This document shows, piece after piece, positions 1 to 8,324 of a stretch of 64,000 nucleotides of DNA. The translations under genes and the position numbers were made by a program. A model generated the notes under the pieces. That model made no database searches. It saw only the letters and a program-made list of their open reading frames with translations, and was not told the origin of the DNA. Source of the DNA: a virus. The stretch is from IMG/VR virus record IMGVR_UViG_3300046170_000391, one strand, 5' to 3'. The first letter of the stretch is position 1, and the number at the start of each line of letters is the position of its first letter.

Positions 1-518
1 AGATAAAGATATTCATCACAAATAAACGGTTCTCCACCCATCACAGTAAGAGTAATTTTTTGTTTTTTAGCTTGAGATATGATCCAGTCAATTTTATCAA
101 ATTGGGGGTTAGAATGAGTTGAAGCCATACCTCTTATAGAACAAGCTTTAGGATCGTTCGCCCAAGCAGAACTATCTTCTGGATTACACATCATACATTT
201 AAAGTTACACTTGTTTGATAGTGATATAGAGATTCTATTTAAATTTTTAGAAAAATTTTTATCTAACTGTCTAACACTATTTATTTTTGCGTCTTCTGCT
301 TTCCAGCAAGCTGAACAGGAAGTAGGTTTACCTCCAATTAAAAACTCTTTTCGCAACGACTTAAGCTCCTCTGACTGCAAGTAGGAGTCAAAGGAGCCAT
401 CGTAGAAGTTATAATTAACACAGCAAGGTCCAATAGTATTAAAATGGCTATATACTTCATTCCAAGGCTTAAAACAAAAATATTTAGGTAAGTCTTTTGG
501 TAGTAATTTTTTCGTCAC
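1..518 (-). CDS. Radical SAM protein with N-terminal SPASM/twitch-like Cys region (runs off the window edge)
   Basis: Manual translation from GTG at 518: YFCFKPW..GPCC..CSACW, then radical SAM motif CNFKCMMC and in-frame GGEPF; not in the ORF track. Confidence 0.8.
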   Translation of the reverse strand, partial: MTKKLLPKDLPKYFCFKPWNEVYSHFNTIGPCCVNYNFYDGSFDSYLQSEELKSLRKEFLIGGKPTSCSACWKAEDAKINSVRQLDKNFSKNLNRISISLSNKCNFKCMMCNPEDSSAWANDPKACSIRGMASTHSNPQFDKIDWIISQAKKQKITLTVMGGEPFICDEYLY

Positions 519-1560
519 TAAATGTCTCTTCTTGTTTGATAAAGTCATAAAAACTTTGAACAGCTAGTTCTTTATGTTTGGCTTCAATATCAAAATCTGC
601 ATATTCAAGCATCGGTACATGATTTGCCATTAGATGCTCATCCCAGTAAGTTTCTGAATGAGCATTAGGTTTCATCCAGTAATCTCGATTATCGGGGTGG
701 AAGGATTGTGACTTGTGGAACAACGGGCGTACGCCTCTCCATGACTTGACAGCTTCCACGAAGTAGTCACTTGTGTGCGTGATATGATCCACGTCTCGAA
801 TTTTCCGATTGACCGTTTTCTCGCCAATTTTAACTCTCTCAGTCTCAACCATTCGATGGCAGGCATAGTGGTGTGTGTCGAGGGTGCAGCGGATAGGGAT
901 CCGTTGGGCAAGTTCAAGTGTGTGGTGGATGTCATATCCATTGGGTTTATCTTCATTTTCGACGGAGAGGCAACCCTGGGCGTAGTCTGAAAGGTAGGGG
1001 AAGTGTGTGGCAAAGCGTTTAATACCATCTTCGTGTTTTCCTCCATATAGTCCTTGTAAGTGGATGTTCATTGAAAATTCTTCAGCAGGTAAGCTCATCA
1101 ATGAACCGTATAGAGCGTGATACTCTAAGTCTTCAATAGATTTAGTTACTACGTCTGGTTTATTAGAAGCGAGAACTGTATACTGACCAGGATGCACAGA
1201 AAGACGAACAGAGTGTCGTTTTGCGGCCTCACCAGCTTGAGCCAGTATAGTTTCAATCTCCTCCCAAATTTCTTTATACCAGTCTTGAGTAAATTCAAGA
1301 GTGTAGCAAGGGAACATCTCAGAAGAGATCCGAAAGCTTCTAAGATTAAAAGGTTGAGTTGGGAAATAAGTAGTAAGAGCGTCGAGAAGTTTTTTACAGT
1401 TCTCAATAGCTTTTGTTTGAACTTTTTCTTTTCCGCCCTCTTTAAGAGCATAGGTCTTGGTAGTGGTTCCAAAGTTATACCTTTTAGCAAGTGTTTTATC
1501 ATGCCATTGGCAGCATTGCGAAATGCGCCAATCAGTTTGTTTTTGATTGAAATATTCCAT
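484..1560 (-). CDS. uvsE: UV-damage endonuclease (UvsE/UVDE family)
   Basis: Motifs FRISSEMFP, RLSVHPGQYTVLAS, SVENED, LDTHHY, HSE, DIEAKHKE. Confidence 0.9.
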   Translation of the reverse strand: MEYFNQKQTDWRISQCCQWHDKTLAKRYNFGTTTKTYALKEGGKEKVQTKAIENCKKLLDALTTYFPTQPFNLRSFRISSEMFPCYTLEFTQDWYKEIWEEIETILAQAGEAAKRHSVRLSVHPGQYTVLASNKPDVVTKSIEDLEYHALYGSLMSLPAEEFSMNIHLQGLYGGKHEDGIKRFATHFPYLSDYAQGCLSVENEDKPNGYDIHHTLELAQRIPIRCTLDTHHYACHRMVETERVKIGEKTVNRKIRDVDHITHTSDYFVEAVKSWRGVRPLFHKSQSFHPDNRDYWMKPNAHSETYWDEHLMANHVPMLEYADFDIEAKHKELAVQSFYDFIKQEETFSDEKITTKRLT

Positions 1561-1619
1561 AGAATCTCCGTTGATTTTCTATAGTATATATAAAGTAGTA
1601 AGGACTTTGCAAAGACTTA

Positions 1620-1967
1620 TTAGAGTCTTAACCTACCATAAGGTTTAATCACGCCATTATAAAATTCCTTACTGGAAAGTTTAGATAGGTTAAGCAACTC
1701 ATCGTAATCTTTAATGTGGTAAGAATTTTTAAGGTGCCGGGCAGTAAAAACGATTGTTTTAAGGGTACTAATTTTAAGTAGAATTGCAACCCTTACTCTA
1801 GTAGTTCCTAATAGACATCTACCTGTTTCATCAACAATAATTGGTTTTTCAATACCAATTTCTTTAATATTTTTATATATCTGCATTGTATAGTCATTAT
1901 TGATTGAAGTTTTCAAAATATCTATTTTAATACTTGTAGTAGGTAAATATGCTAAATAAACATACAC
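1620..1967 (-). CDS. ParB/Srx N-terminal-like domain protein
   Basis: IKEIGIEKPIIVD...LLGTTRVRVA resembles the ParB GxxR box. Confidence 0.5.
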   Translation of the reverse strand: MYVYLAYLPTTSIKIDILKTSINNDYTMQIYKNIKEIGIEKPIIVDETGRCLLGTTRVRVAILLKISTLKTIVFTARHLKNSYHIKDYDELLNLSKLSSKEFYNGVIKPYGRLRL

Positions 1968-1970
1968 AAG

Positions 1971-2297
1971 TTACTTACTTTTACCAAGGTTTTGAGTACC
2001 AAAAAAAGCAGCAACAATAGCTGCAACTGATACAAAATATACAGAGGCCATGTCTCCAAGGATTTTACTTGCTTGATCTAACCCAATAAGAACTGCCAGC
2101 ACAACAGCAAAAGGATATAGTAACATACCAAACAGGGCAAACCATGCCATTTTACGTTGTGCATCTCTCATTGCGTCTGCATCTTCTAGAGCTTTACGTT
2201 TAAATTCTAAATCCATCTCTAACTCTTCTTTAGATAAATGTCCGTCACCGTTAACATCTTTAGCGGCTACTTCTGGATCAACCGTTTTCGTTTCCAT
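1971..2297 (-). CDS. EF-hand-containing two-TM membrane protein (holin-like candidate)
   Basis: DVNGDGHLSKEE EF-hand loop followed by two hydrophobic helices. Confidence 0.55.
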   Translation of the reverse strand: METKTVDPEVAAKDVNGDGHLSKEELEMDLEFKRKALEDADAMRDAQRKMAWFALFGMLLYPFAVVLAVLIGLDQASKILGDMASVYFVSVAAIVAAFFGTQNLGKSK

Positions 2298-2574
2298 TAA
2301 TCATCTCCCAGGGAATATAATTCATAATATCCTCTTGATAAAAATACGCACCTAATACAGCAGCTACAAGCACTAGTATCCAAAGTGGTTTTTTAGAGGT
2401 TTGCGCTGAGATAGACTGAGCTACTTCATCTGCAAATTTTTCTGCTTCACGCTCTGCATGCATACGTTCCCAAAGCATTTTTTGATTTTCTATCCTACGT
2501 AGAGAAGCTCCTTTTACTTTAAGTAGTGTTTCAGCTTCTTCCCAAGTAAGAAGTATTTTAATATCTTTGTCCAT
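2278..2574 (-). CDS. Hypothetical membrane-anchored protein
   Basis: Likely start MDKDIK after AAGGA; C-terminal TM segment. Confidence 0.5.
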   Translation of the reverse strand: MDKDIKILLTWEEAETLLKVKGASLRRIENQKMLWERMHAEREAEKFADEVAQSISAQTSKKPLWILVLVAAVLGAYFYQEDIMNYIPWEMINGNENG

Positions 2575-2628
2575 TTTATCGTCCTTTAAAAGTCGATTTC
2601 TCGACCGTCTTTTTCCCAAGTGTTAAAT

Positions 2629-2910
2629 CTAGTCCTGATAGTTGCCACTTGAGTTTCTGTTAGTTGTTGTTTGTTCGAGTATTCGGATACGAGCTTCGAT
2701 ACTGTCGAGTCGTTTGGCGAGTTCGGGGAATTTAGCCATTCGCTTTCGTTCATCTGTGAGCATTTTGATTCCGTATCTTTTTGAAGCCCAAGTGTAGAGC
2801 GAATCCAATTTAGCATATGTCCATACTCCTAATTTTGTATCTCTAAACCACGATTCTGTAGCGGAACCTACAATAGAACCTGCTATAGATTTTAATAAGA
2901 AAAACCACAT
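2629..2910 (-). CDS. Hypothetical phage protein
   Basis: Likely start MWFFLLK abutting the upstream stop; packed in the operon. Confidence 0.5.
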   Translation of the reverse strand: MWFFLLKSIAGSIVGSATESWFRDTKLGVWTYAKLDSLYTWASKRYGIKMLTDERKRMAKFPELAKRLDSIEARIRILEQTTTNRNSSGNYQD

Positions 2911-3086
2911 TAATCTTTTACCGCCATATGACAATTATGTGTTGGCGTTGTCATCATTTGTTTAGTCCAGTCAAGTTCTTGAATTAATCTATTATACCAA
3001 GCTTGATCCATTGGGTCATGAGCTTTTGCCATATCTTCTTTTAATTGCCCAATTCTTACGTTAATATATTTTTCTGCCTTACTCAT
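2910..3086 (-). CDS. Hypothetical phage protein
   Basis: Likely start MSKAEK overlapping the end of the thermonuclease gene. Confidence 0.5.
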   Translation of the reverse strand: MSKAEKYINVRIGQLKEDMAKAHDPMDQAWYNRLIQELDWTKQMMTTPTHNCHMAVKD

Positions 3087-3540
3087 CGCACCAACCCTTT
3101 TTAGCCCCACCGTCATAAGGACGAGCTAAACCTTTATCAATTAAAATGTCAGAATAAAGAAGACCGTCTAGATACACATTTGAAAGTATACGTCCTCCAT
3201 ATTTATCCCATTTGAGATCTTTAAACTCAATAGTTTTCGCAGCGCGAAATAACTCGTTAGCAGTTTGTCTACCAATAAGTGCTAATTCTTTTTCTTTTTC
3301 ACATTTACCTTTTATTTCAGGAGTATCGATACCAAGTACCCTCACACTCATTTTACTTAACTTACCTGGAAGAACTGGGGCTGAAACGTAACAAGTATCA
3401 CCATCATAGCAAACATTACCTCTAAACTCTCTCATCTGCAAAAAATCAGAAGCAAAGGCTAAGTTTGCAAATAAGATTACGAATATAGCTAAAGAAAATC
3501 CAGCTAATAGTTCCAATCCAAATTTATCAATTTTCTTCAT
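3079..3540 (-). CDS. Thermonuclease (SNase-like) with N-terminal membrane anchor/signal
   Basis: YDGDT, VRVLGIDTPE, DKYGGRILS, GLARPYDGG motifs. Confidence 0.9.
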   Translation of the reverse strand: MKKIDKFGLELLAGFSLAIFVILFANLAFASDFLQMREFRGNVCYDGDTCYVSAPVLPGKLSKMSVRVLGIDTPEIKGKCEKEKELALIGRQTANELFRAAKTIEFKDLKWDKYGGRILSNVYLDGLLYSDILIDKGLARPYDGGAKKGWCDE

Positions 3541-3702
3541 AATATTACTCCTAAAATTAAATTAGCAATAATAAGCACACCTAAAATCTCTAACATTAGT
3601 TATATCTCCTTATTCATCATGTATTCTATAATACCAGTCTATCATATAGCAAATAAAAATAATTACAATCACAAGGAAAATATAGAATAAAATCTGAAGC
3701 AT

Positions 3703-3966
3703 TTATTTTCCGTTGTGGTGAAACCACTGATTATAAGGAGTTGGAGTTTTTTTAAAATATCGCTTATTTAATTTTTCTCTAACAGAAGGAGGACAACTAC
3801 TACCATACGGTATATGCATTACAGTCGGGTACCAACTCTTATGATAGTTAATTTTTGGATCCATTCGATATGAGCAAACTGTAACTAAACAACCTTTACA
3901 AATACTCCAAGAGTGTGCTGCTGAAACAGAGCTGAGAAGTACAGTTATATAGACGTACTCGACCAT
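3703..3966 (-). CDS. Hypothetical Cys-containing secreted protein
   Basis: ORF with hydrophobic N-terminus, abutting the upstream gene. Confidence 0.45.
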   Translation of the reverse strand: MVEYVYITVLLSSVSAAHSWSICKGCLVTVCSYRMDPKINYHKSWYPTVMHIPYGSSCPPSVREKLNKRYFKKTPTPYNQWFHHNGK

Positions 3967-4442
3967 TAAATGACAACCGTAAAGAGAAATATAAACAAAC
4001 CAATAGCAGCACCAACAGCACCTAAAAGTATGGCTCCATTTTTTATATTATCCATAAATTCTTTTTCTTTACGAGCCTTTTCACGTTTGATTTCTGCCAA
4101 ACGTTCCCGCTCCTCTTGTATTCTTTTTGCTCTTAGATCAACTATTTCCTGCCAAGTATTCGGACCAAAACGCAAGTTAATCATGTTTTTCATCTCTTGC
4201 ATAGATTCTGCCGCAACTTTAGCATCTATAACTTCTTGTGCAACAGTCTTTATACCTAATTGATACCCTACTCCCATACCCGCTTTTTTACTACGTTTAT
4301 GCTCAATCTCTTCTTGACCACGAAATAAGTCATCAACAGCGCCTGCAATCTCGCCTATGTCTTTAGCCGTATCAATATTTGATTTTATAAATTCCACACT
4401 TGCTTTTACAAGTGCAATTCCAGCCATTGCCTCCGCAAACAT
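3966..4442 (-). CDS. Hypothetical coiled-coil protein with C-terminal TM helix
   Basis: Likely start MFAEAM after GGGAGA; upstream promoter. Confidence 0.6.
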   Translation of the reverse strand: MFAEAMAGIALVKASVEFIKSNIDTAKDIGEIAGAVDDLFRGQEEIEHKRSKKAGMGVGYQLGIKTVAQEVIDAKVAAESMQEMKNMINLRFGPNTWQEIVDLRAKRIQEERERLAEIKREKARKEKEFMDNIKNGAILLGAVGAAIGLFIFLFTVVI

Positions 4443-4491
4443 ATCTTTCTCCCACGATTTATAAACCGTAAAACGTAATTCCCTCAACTAA

Positions 4492-4520
4492 ATTATAGCT
4501 AAAACAGAAAAGTAGTCCAA
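4492..4520 (-). promoter_or_regulatory. Sigma70-type promoter TTGGAC-N17-TATAAT
   Basis: Read directly on the minus strand upstream of 3966..4442. Confidence 0.6.
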
Positions 4521-4521
4521 T

Positions 4522-4556
4522 AGAAAAACCACACCTCAAAACAGAAGTGTGGTTTT
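4522..4556 (-). terminator. Intrinsic terminator downstream of the PiT-like gene
   Basis: AAAACCACAC...GTGTGGTTTT inverted repeat ending in a T run. Confidence 0.55.
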
Positions 4557-4574
4557 AAAAAAGTTTTAATATTT

Positions 4575-5534
4575 TTAAAGTCCGTTAGGTACGATTACAT
4601 AATGAATAGATAAGACTACTCCAACAGAAGCAGCAAGTCCGACCATCATTTTAAGAAAGTCTTTTCCTATTAGTGGAAATACAACTTTGAACTTTTCCTT
4701 GCCTGTCATAGTTGCCATAGCAAGTTCACGTCCACATAGTAACCCTACAAATACCCAGGTGGTTGACATGGGTATATCATTTAGCTCTTTAAAAAAGAAT
4801 AAGATAACCCAATATACGGCATCAATAATTGTAGCGGAGCGAACATAACGAGTATTATGCTTCTCTAAAACAATATTTTGAATTTTACCTCCACCTTCTC
4901 TAAACATGAACCAAAGTCCACCTACAAAGATAATAGAAATTGCAAACATCATATCCGCAGGAATTTGTCTTGGTAAAAAGACTGCAATATTTGCGATATC
5001 ATGGGATAACCAAGTCCACCAAAGAAAACCTGTTGTTACCCATTGTCCGATTCTCCACCAACGCTTATGTTCTTCTTTAACTGGTTTAGATTCGTCTAAA
5101 ATTTTAGTTACACCAATCCATATAGCATAGGCAGCAACAGCAGCTACAGCATATCCCATCATGGATTTCATTAACATTTTTTCTAGTACAAAAGTAGAAG
5201 CAAAGGCTGAAAGTACTAAAAAAGATGTGCTAACAGGCACACCGATCCGCGTTAGTAGAAGTAGAAGTCCAGGGGCTAACGCGTGATACCACTGAATTTC
5301 TTGGAAGGGGATTTTATTCAGTCTTCCATAGGAGATGTCTCCTCCATATGTAAACCACCCGTACCATAATGCCCATAACAAAACAGACGAAGCAGCAAGC
5401 CACATCGTCCTCCAATGAAATCGTTCGTTGTTAGAAGCAATCCAAGTACCAAGAGTTTGTACTGAGTCATTTGCTATTACTGAATACGCAGCAAATAAAA
5501 AACCAACACCCATCCAAAGAGTTAAAAGTTCCAT
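4575..5534 (-). CDS. PiT/PHO4-like inorganic phosphate transporter
   Basis: Polytopic membrane protein with duplicated PiT-type signatures ANDSVQTLGT/PVSTSF and SHDIANIA/PMSTTW; Pho box upstream. Confidence 0.75.
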   Translation of the reverse strand: MELLTLWMGVGFLFAAYSVIANDSVQTLGTWIASNNERFHWRTMWLAASSVLLWALWYGWFTYGGDISYGRLNKIPFQEIQWYHALAPGLLLLLTRIGVPVSTSFLVLSAFASTFVLEKMLMKSMMGYAVAAVAAYAIWIGVTKILDESKPVKEEHKRWWRIGQWVTTGFLWWTWLSHDIANIAVFLPRQIPADMMFAISIIFVGGLWFMFREGGGKIQNIVLEKHNTRYVRSATIIDAVYWVILFFFKELNDIPMSTTWVFVGLLCGRELAMATMTGKEKFKVVFPLIGKDFLKMMVGLAASVGVVLSIHYVIVPNGL

Positions 5535-5555
5535 TTTAATTTCTCCTTAGAAAAG

Positions 5556-5581
5556 TAATAAGAGGCTATAGCCTCTTATTA
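5556..5581. repeat. Perfect 26-bp palindrome TAATAAGAGGCTATAGCCTCTTATTA
   Basis: Exact self-reverse-complement; could be a terminator for the synthetase-tRNA transcript and/or a 5' hairpin of the PiT mRNA. Confidence 0.75.
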
Positions 5582-5583
5582 TT

Positions 5584-5617
5584 AGTATATTATAAAATTG
5601 TTACAGTTTTGTGAAAT
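5584..5617 (-). promoter_or_regulatory. Pho-box (PhoB-dependent) promoter for the PiT-like transporter
   Basis: Minus strand ATTTCAC-AAAA-CTGTAAC (5617-5600), 10-nt spacer, -10 TATACT (5589-5584), matching PhoB box geometry. Confidence 0.65.
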
Positions 5618-5632
5618 TTTAAAAATTTAAAT

Positions 5633-5717
5633 TGGCTGTGGAGGATGGAGTCGAACCATCACGCCTTTCGGCACACGAGAAACAGTCGTGCGTGTCTACC
5701 AGTTTCACCACCCCACA
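5633..5717 (-). tRNA. Atypical tRNA-Asn(GUU) with class II long variable arm, encoded CCA
   Basis: TGTGGGG TG GTG AAACTGGTAGA CAC G CACGA CTGTTTC TCGTG T GCC GAAA GGC GT GATGG TTCGACT CCATC CTCCACA G CCA; all stems pair; anticodon at 5683-5681. Confidence 0.9.
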
Positions 5718-5722
5718 ATAAA

Positions 5723-6553
5723 TTATGCTGCGAGCTGAAGCTGGGTATCAAGAGCCGCAATCATGCGAGTCATACCAATACCTCCGCCCACACGTGGGAA
5801 GAAGTCAAACTTTAAAAACTCTTCAAGTTCTGCCTCTACGCGTTCTTTACCAAACAGTTCAAACAGTAGGTTAGCGTAGGCTCCATCAGTAATTGTGTGG
5901 AAAGTGTTGCGCATCATATCAATATCGCATGAGCGTTCTGCTGAACCGATAGTTTCCATACCCCCAAGAATAACATCAATCTTTTTAGAGGTTAGTCCGT
6001 TTTCATAGCGGCTCATGTTCCAAAATGGTGAAGTAAACTCAGGGAAGTCCGTAATCATAGTAGTACTAAAATCATTAAACATTGCGATTTCATGCTCTGC
6101 CTCAAGTTCTCCGTCAACCTTATAATGCTTTTGCCATGCTTCGTAGGTCTTCTCAATCGGGCGATCAAAACCCAGATAATCTACAAGTTCATATTCCATC
6201 TTTTTAAGGTCTACAATATCACCTGGCATTTCAAATTCAAACATAGGGAAGATGATATCATGCCTACCAGGGATAGCATTAGGTTCTTGTCTGTACGAAG
6301 TTGAGACACAAAAAAAGCCCTTTTCATTGGGCTGAGAGAGTAACTCATGTTCTAACCACATCTGACCGGTTTGTGGAAGAGGCCAAACTTGACCAGCATA
6401 GTTATATGTAGCAACGTTGAAAGGATCTTCGCAAGCTGCAAGGATAGAAAGACGGTTCTGTGTGTGAACTTCTTTAAAACCTTTATCTAAAAAAAATGAC
6501 CTTAAAAGGCCAACGGTGTGAGTAAATTTTGTAGGGGAAATTAGTTGAGTCAT
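5723..6553 (-). CDS. Class IIb AsnRS-like catalytic-domain-only protein (no anticodon-binding domain), 276 aa
   Basis: Motif 1 LRSFFLDKGFKEV, QTGQMWLE, motif 2 YRQE..RH..FPMFEFE, ETIGSAER, motif 3 GGGIGMTRM; ATG at 6553 with AAGAAAGGT RBS. Confidence 0.85.
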   Translation of the reverse strand: MTQLISPTKFTHTVGLLRSFFLDKGFKEVHTQNRLSILAACEDPFNVATYNYAGQVWPLPQTGQMWLEHELLSQPNEKGFFCVSTSYRQEPNAIPGRHDIIFPMFEFEMPGDIVDLKKMEYELVDYLGFDRPIEKTYEAWQKHYKVDGELEAEHEIAMFNDFSTTMITDFPEFTSPFWNMSRYENGLTSKKIDVILGGMETIGSAERSCDIDMMRNTFHTITDGAYANLLFELFGKERVEAELEEFLKFDFFPRVGGGIGMTRMIAALDTQLQLAA

Positions 6554-6574
6554 TATTATACCTTTCTTGTATAT

Positions 6575-6603
6575 AAAAAGACGCGCAGATTTAAAACCTG
6601 CGC
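6575..6603 (-). promoter_or_regulatory. Leader hairpin GCGCAG...CTGCGC followed by a T run (terminator/attenuator-like)
   Basis: Stem 6603-6598/6588-6583 then GTCTTTTT, lying between the promoter and the RBS of the AsnRS-like gene. Confidence 0.5.
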
Positions 6604-6615
6604 TCAAATTAACCA

Positions 6616-6644
6616 ATTATATAAGAAGTATAGTAAGTATGCAA
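6616..6644 (-). promoter_or_regulatory. Sigma70-type promoter TTGCAT-N17-TATAAT for the AsnRS-like/tRNA unit
   Basis: Read directly; exact 17-nt spacer. Confidence 0.7.
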
Positions 6645-6665
6645 ACATAATTTAATTTTAAATAC

Positions 6666-7760
6666 TTACTCTGGTAGTTGATATAGTCTTATCACTTGTT
6701 TTGTAATGTACTGTATTTCATCGTCTGTTAAGTGTGGATTTATAGGAATTGAAAGAGCATGTTTTGCAAAATACTTAGAGTAAGGTAGTTCTTTTTTATC
6801 TTCAACCCATTTAAGTTCTGAAAATACATCGGGATAATGACATTCTGAATCTATGCCTACTTTTTGAAGTCTTTGATACATCTCAAACTTATCATCTACT
6901 TCAATAACATATTTATGAGTATTATTTTCAGAATACCTAGGAGAAGGACGAAATTTCACATCATGTTCATAAAACTGAGTATCATAATAGTCCCATATTT
7001 CAAGTCTTCTTTTTTGCCAAGCATCAACCCAGTTAGTAGCCGACCAAATCTGAGCAGCCTTATCTTCTTCTGGCACTGCGTTGATTCCTGACGACACCCA
7101 CTCAGATCTTCTACTATACTTGCCATGTTTACGTAAAGATAAAAGTTTAAAATATTTTGAAGTATCATTTAAGAGCACTGCTCCAAAAGTGCCTAAGCTA
7201 GGAATCGGTTTGTTTTCTGCAAAAGAAATACAAGCAATGTCACCTCTACTCATAGGTTCTTCACCTTTGTAACGACCAAGGTAGCTTTGTGAAGCATCAT
7301 TTATATGTATCAAACCATACTTATTACATATATAAGAGACTTCATCAATATCATAGGAATCTCCATATAACCCAGTACCTGTTATAGCTTTTGTTTTAGG
7401 AGTGATAAGTTTTTCAATTTTATCTGTATCAATTAAACCAAATCGATCTACATCACAAAAAATAGGAGTGGCGCCTGAATTAATGACATAGGTTAAAGAA
7501 GCCATGCAACTATAACCTGTAATAATTACTTCATCACCTGCCCCTATATCATTTACTAATAGTGCTAAATGTAATGCTTGAGAACCGCTTCTTACTAAAA
7601 GAGCGTGTTTTCTATCTGCAATTTTTTGTAAATAGTGTTCAACCTTATTAGTATAAAACCCATTAACAGTTTTTTCAGAACCAGAGATTACTTCAAGGCT
7701 ATTGAAATAGTCTTCTTTTATATCTTGAAAACGTCTTGCTAGGTTATATGTATGAATCAT
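6666..7760 (-). CDS. DegT/DnrJ/EryC1/StrS PLP-dependent sugar aminotransferase
   Basis: SGSQALHLAL, GDEVI, INDASQS, SFAENKPI (PLP Lys), LSIPINPHL. Confidence 0.9.
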   Translation of the reverse strand: MIHTYNLARRFQDIKEDYFNSLEVISGSEKTVNGFYTNKVEHYLQKIADRKHALLVRSGSQALHLALLVNDIGAGDEVIITGYSCMASLTYVINSGATPIFCDVDRFGLIDTDKIEKLITPKTKAITGTGLYGDSYDIDEVSYICNKYGLIHINDASQSYLGRYKGEEPMSRGDIACISFAENKPIPSLGTFGAVLLNDTSKYFKLLSLRKHGKYSRRSEWVSSGINAVPEEDKAAQIWSATNWVDAWQKRRLEIWDYYDTQFYEHDVKFRPSPRYSENNTHKYVIEVDDKFEMYQRLQKVGIDSECHYPDVFSELKWVEDKKELPYSKYFAKHALSIPINPHLTDDEIQYITKQVIRLYQLPE

Positions 7761-8200
7761 GCTAGTGCGCGAATACGTTCTACCAATCGATCAGCACGTT
7801 TAGTAACTTGCTTGTACCAACGAGAATCAACCATCTCATCAGCTGCTGTACTCCATTCACGAGCGTCTACTCCGCGTTTCATACCCTTAAATTTAGACAA
7901 ACGAGGTCTACCCATATTAAACATCATATTTGCAATTACTCGTTGAGCTTCTTCCGGCAAATCATCAAAGTCTGGGTATAGGGTGTGGCAGTCTGACACG
8001 ACTGTTTTGATATCTTCGTTGAAGGCCTCAACGCATCTATCGTTACTGACGGCTGTACCAACTTCCCATCCGTGTTCAGGATCAGACTCCCTAACAAGAT
8101 GACCAATGCCAAAAGTAGGCAAACCGAGATGATCCAAATAGATCTTTTCCACGTTTCCTTCATCATATTCAATCTCTTCTCTTAATTTTTCAATATTCAT
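7757..8200 (-). CDS. Endolysin, T4-lysozyme-like (GH24)
   Basis: DEG...IYLDHLGLPTFGIGHL, NMMFNMG, EMVDSRWYKQV..RA; likely start MNIEK. Confidence 0.9.
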   Translation of the reverse strand: MNIEKLREEIEYDEGNVEKIYLDHLGLPTFGIGHLVRESDPEHGWEVGTAVSNDRCVEAFNEDIKTVVSDCHTLYPDFDDLPEEAQRVIANMMFNMGRPRLSKFKGMKRGVDAREWSTAADEMVDSRWYKQVTKRADRLVERIRALA

Positions 8201-8324
8201 AAAATTTTTCCTTTTTAAATAAATTTCTGTACAAACCTGATTGATTGTAGTATTTAAATTTGTACACTTTTTAAAAATAAACAAGATTAATACACAACTC
8301 TACGTTTTACTTTTTTATTTTGTA

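Noticed and set aside
5633-5717. Calling the tRNA an ordinary tRNA-Leu or tRNA-Ser
   Set aside because: The 5-bp anticodon stem with a 7-nt loop places GUU at 34-36, and G73 with U1-A72 fit Asn rather than Leu.
6554-6616. Longer TTG-started version (297 aa) of the AsnRS-like ORF
   Set aside because: It would begin within the -10 box and cross the leader hairpin; the ATG at 6553 has a good RBS. The extension is too short to be an anticodon-binding domain anyway.
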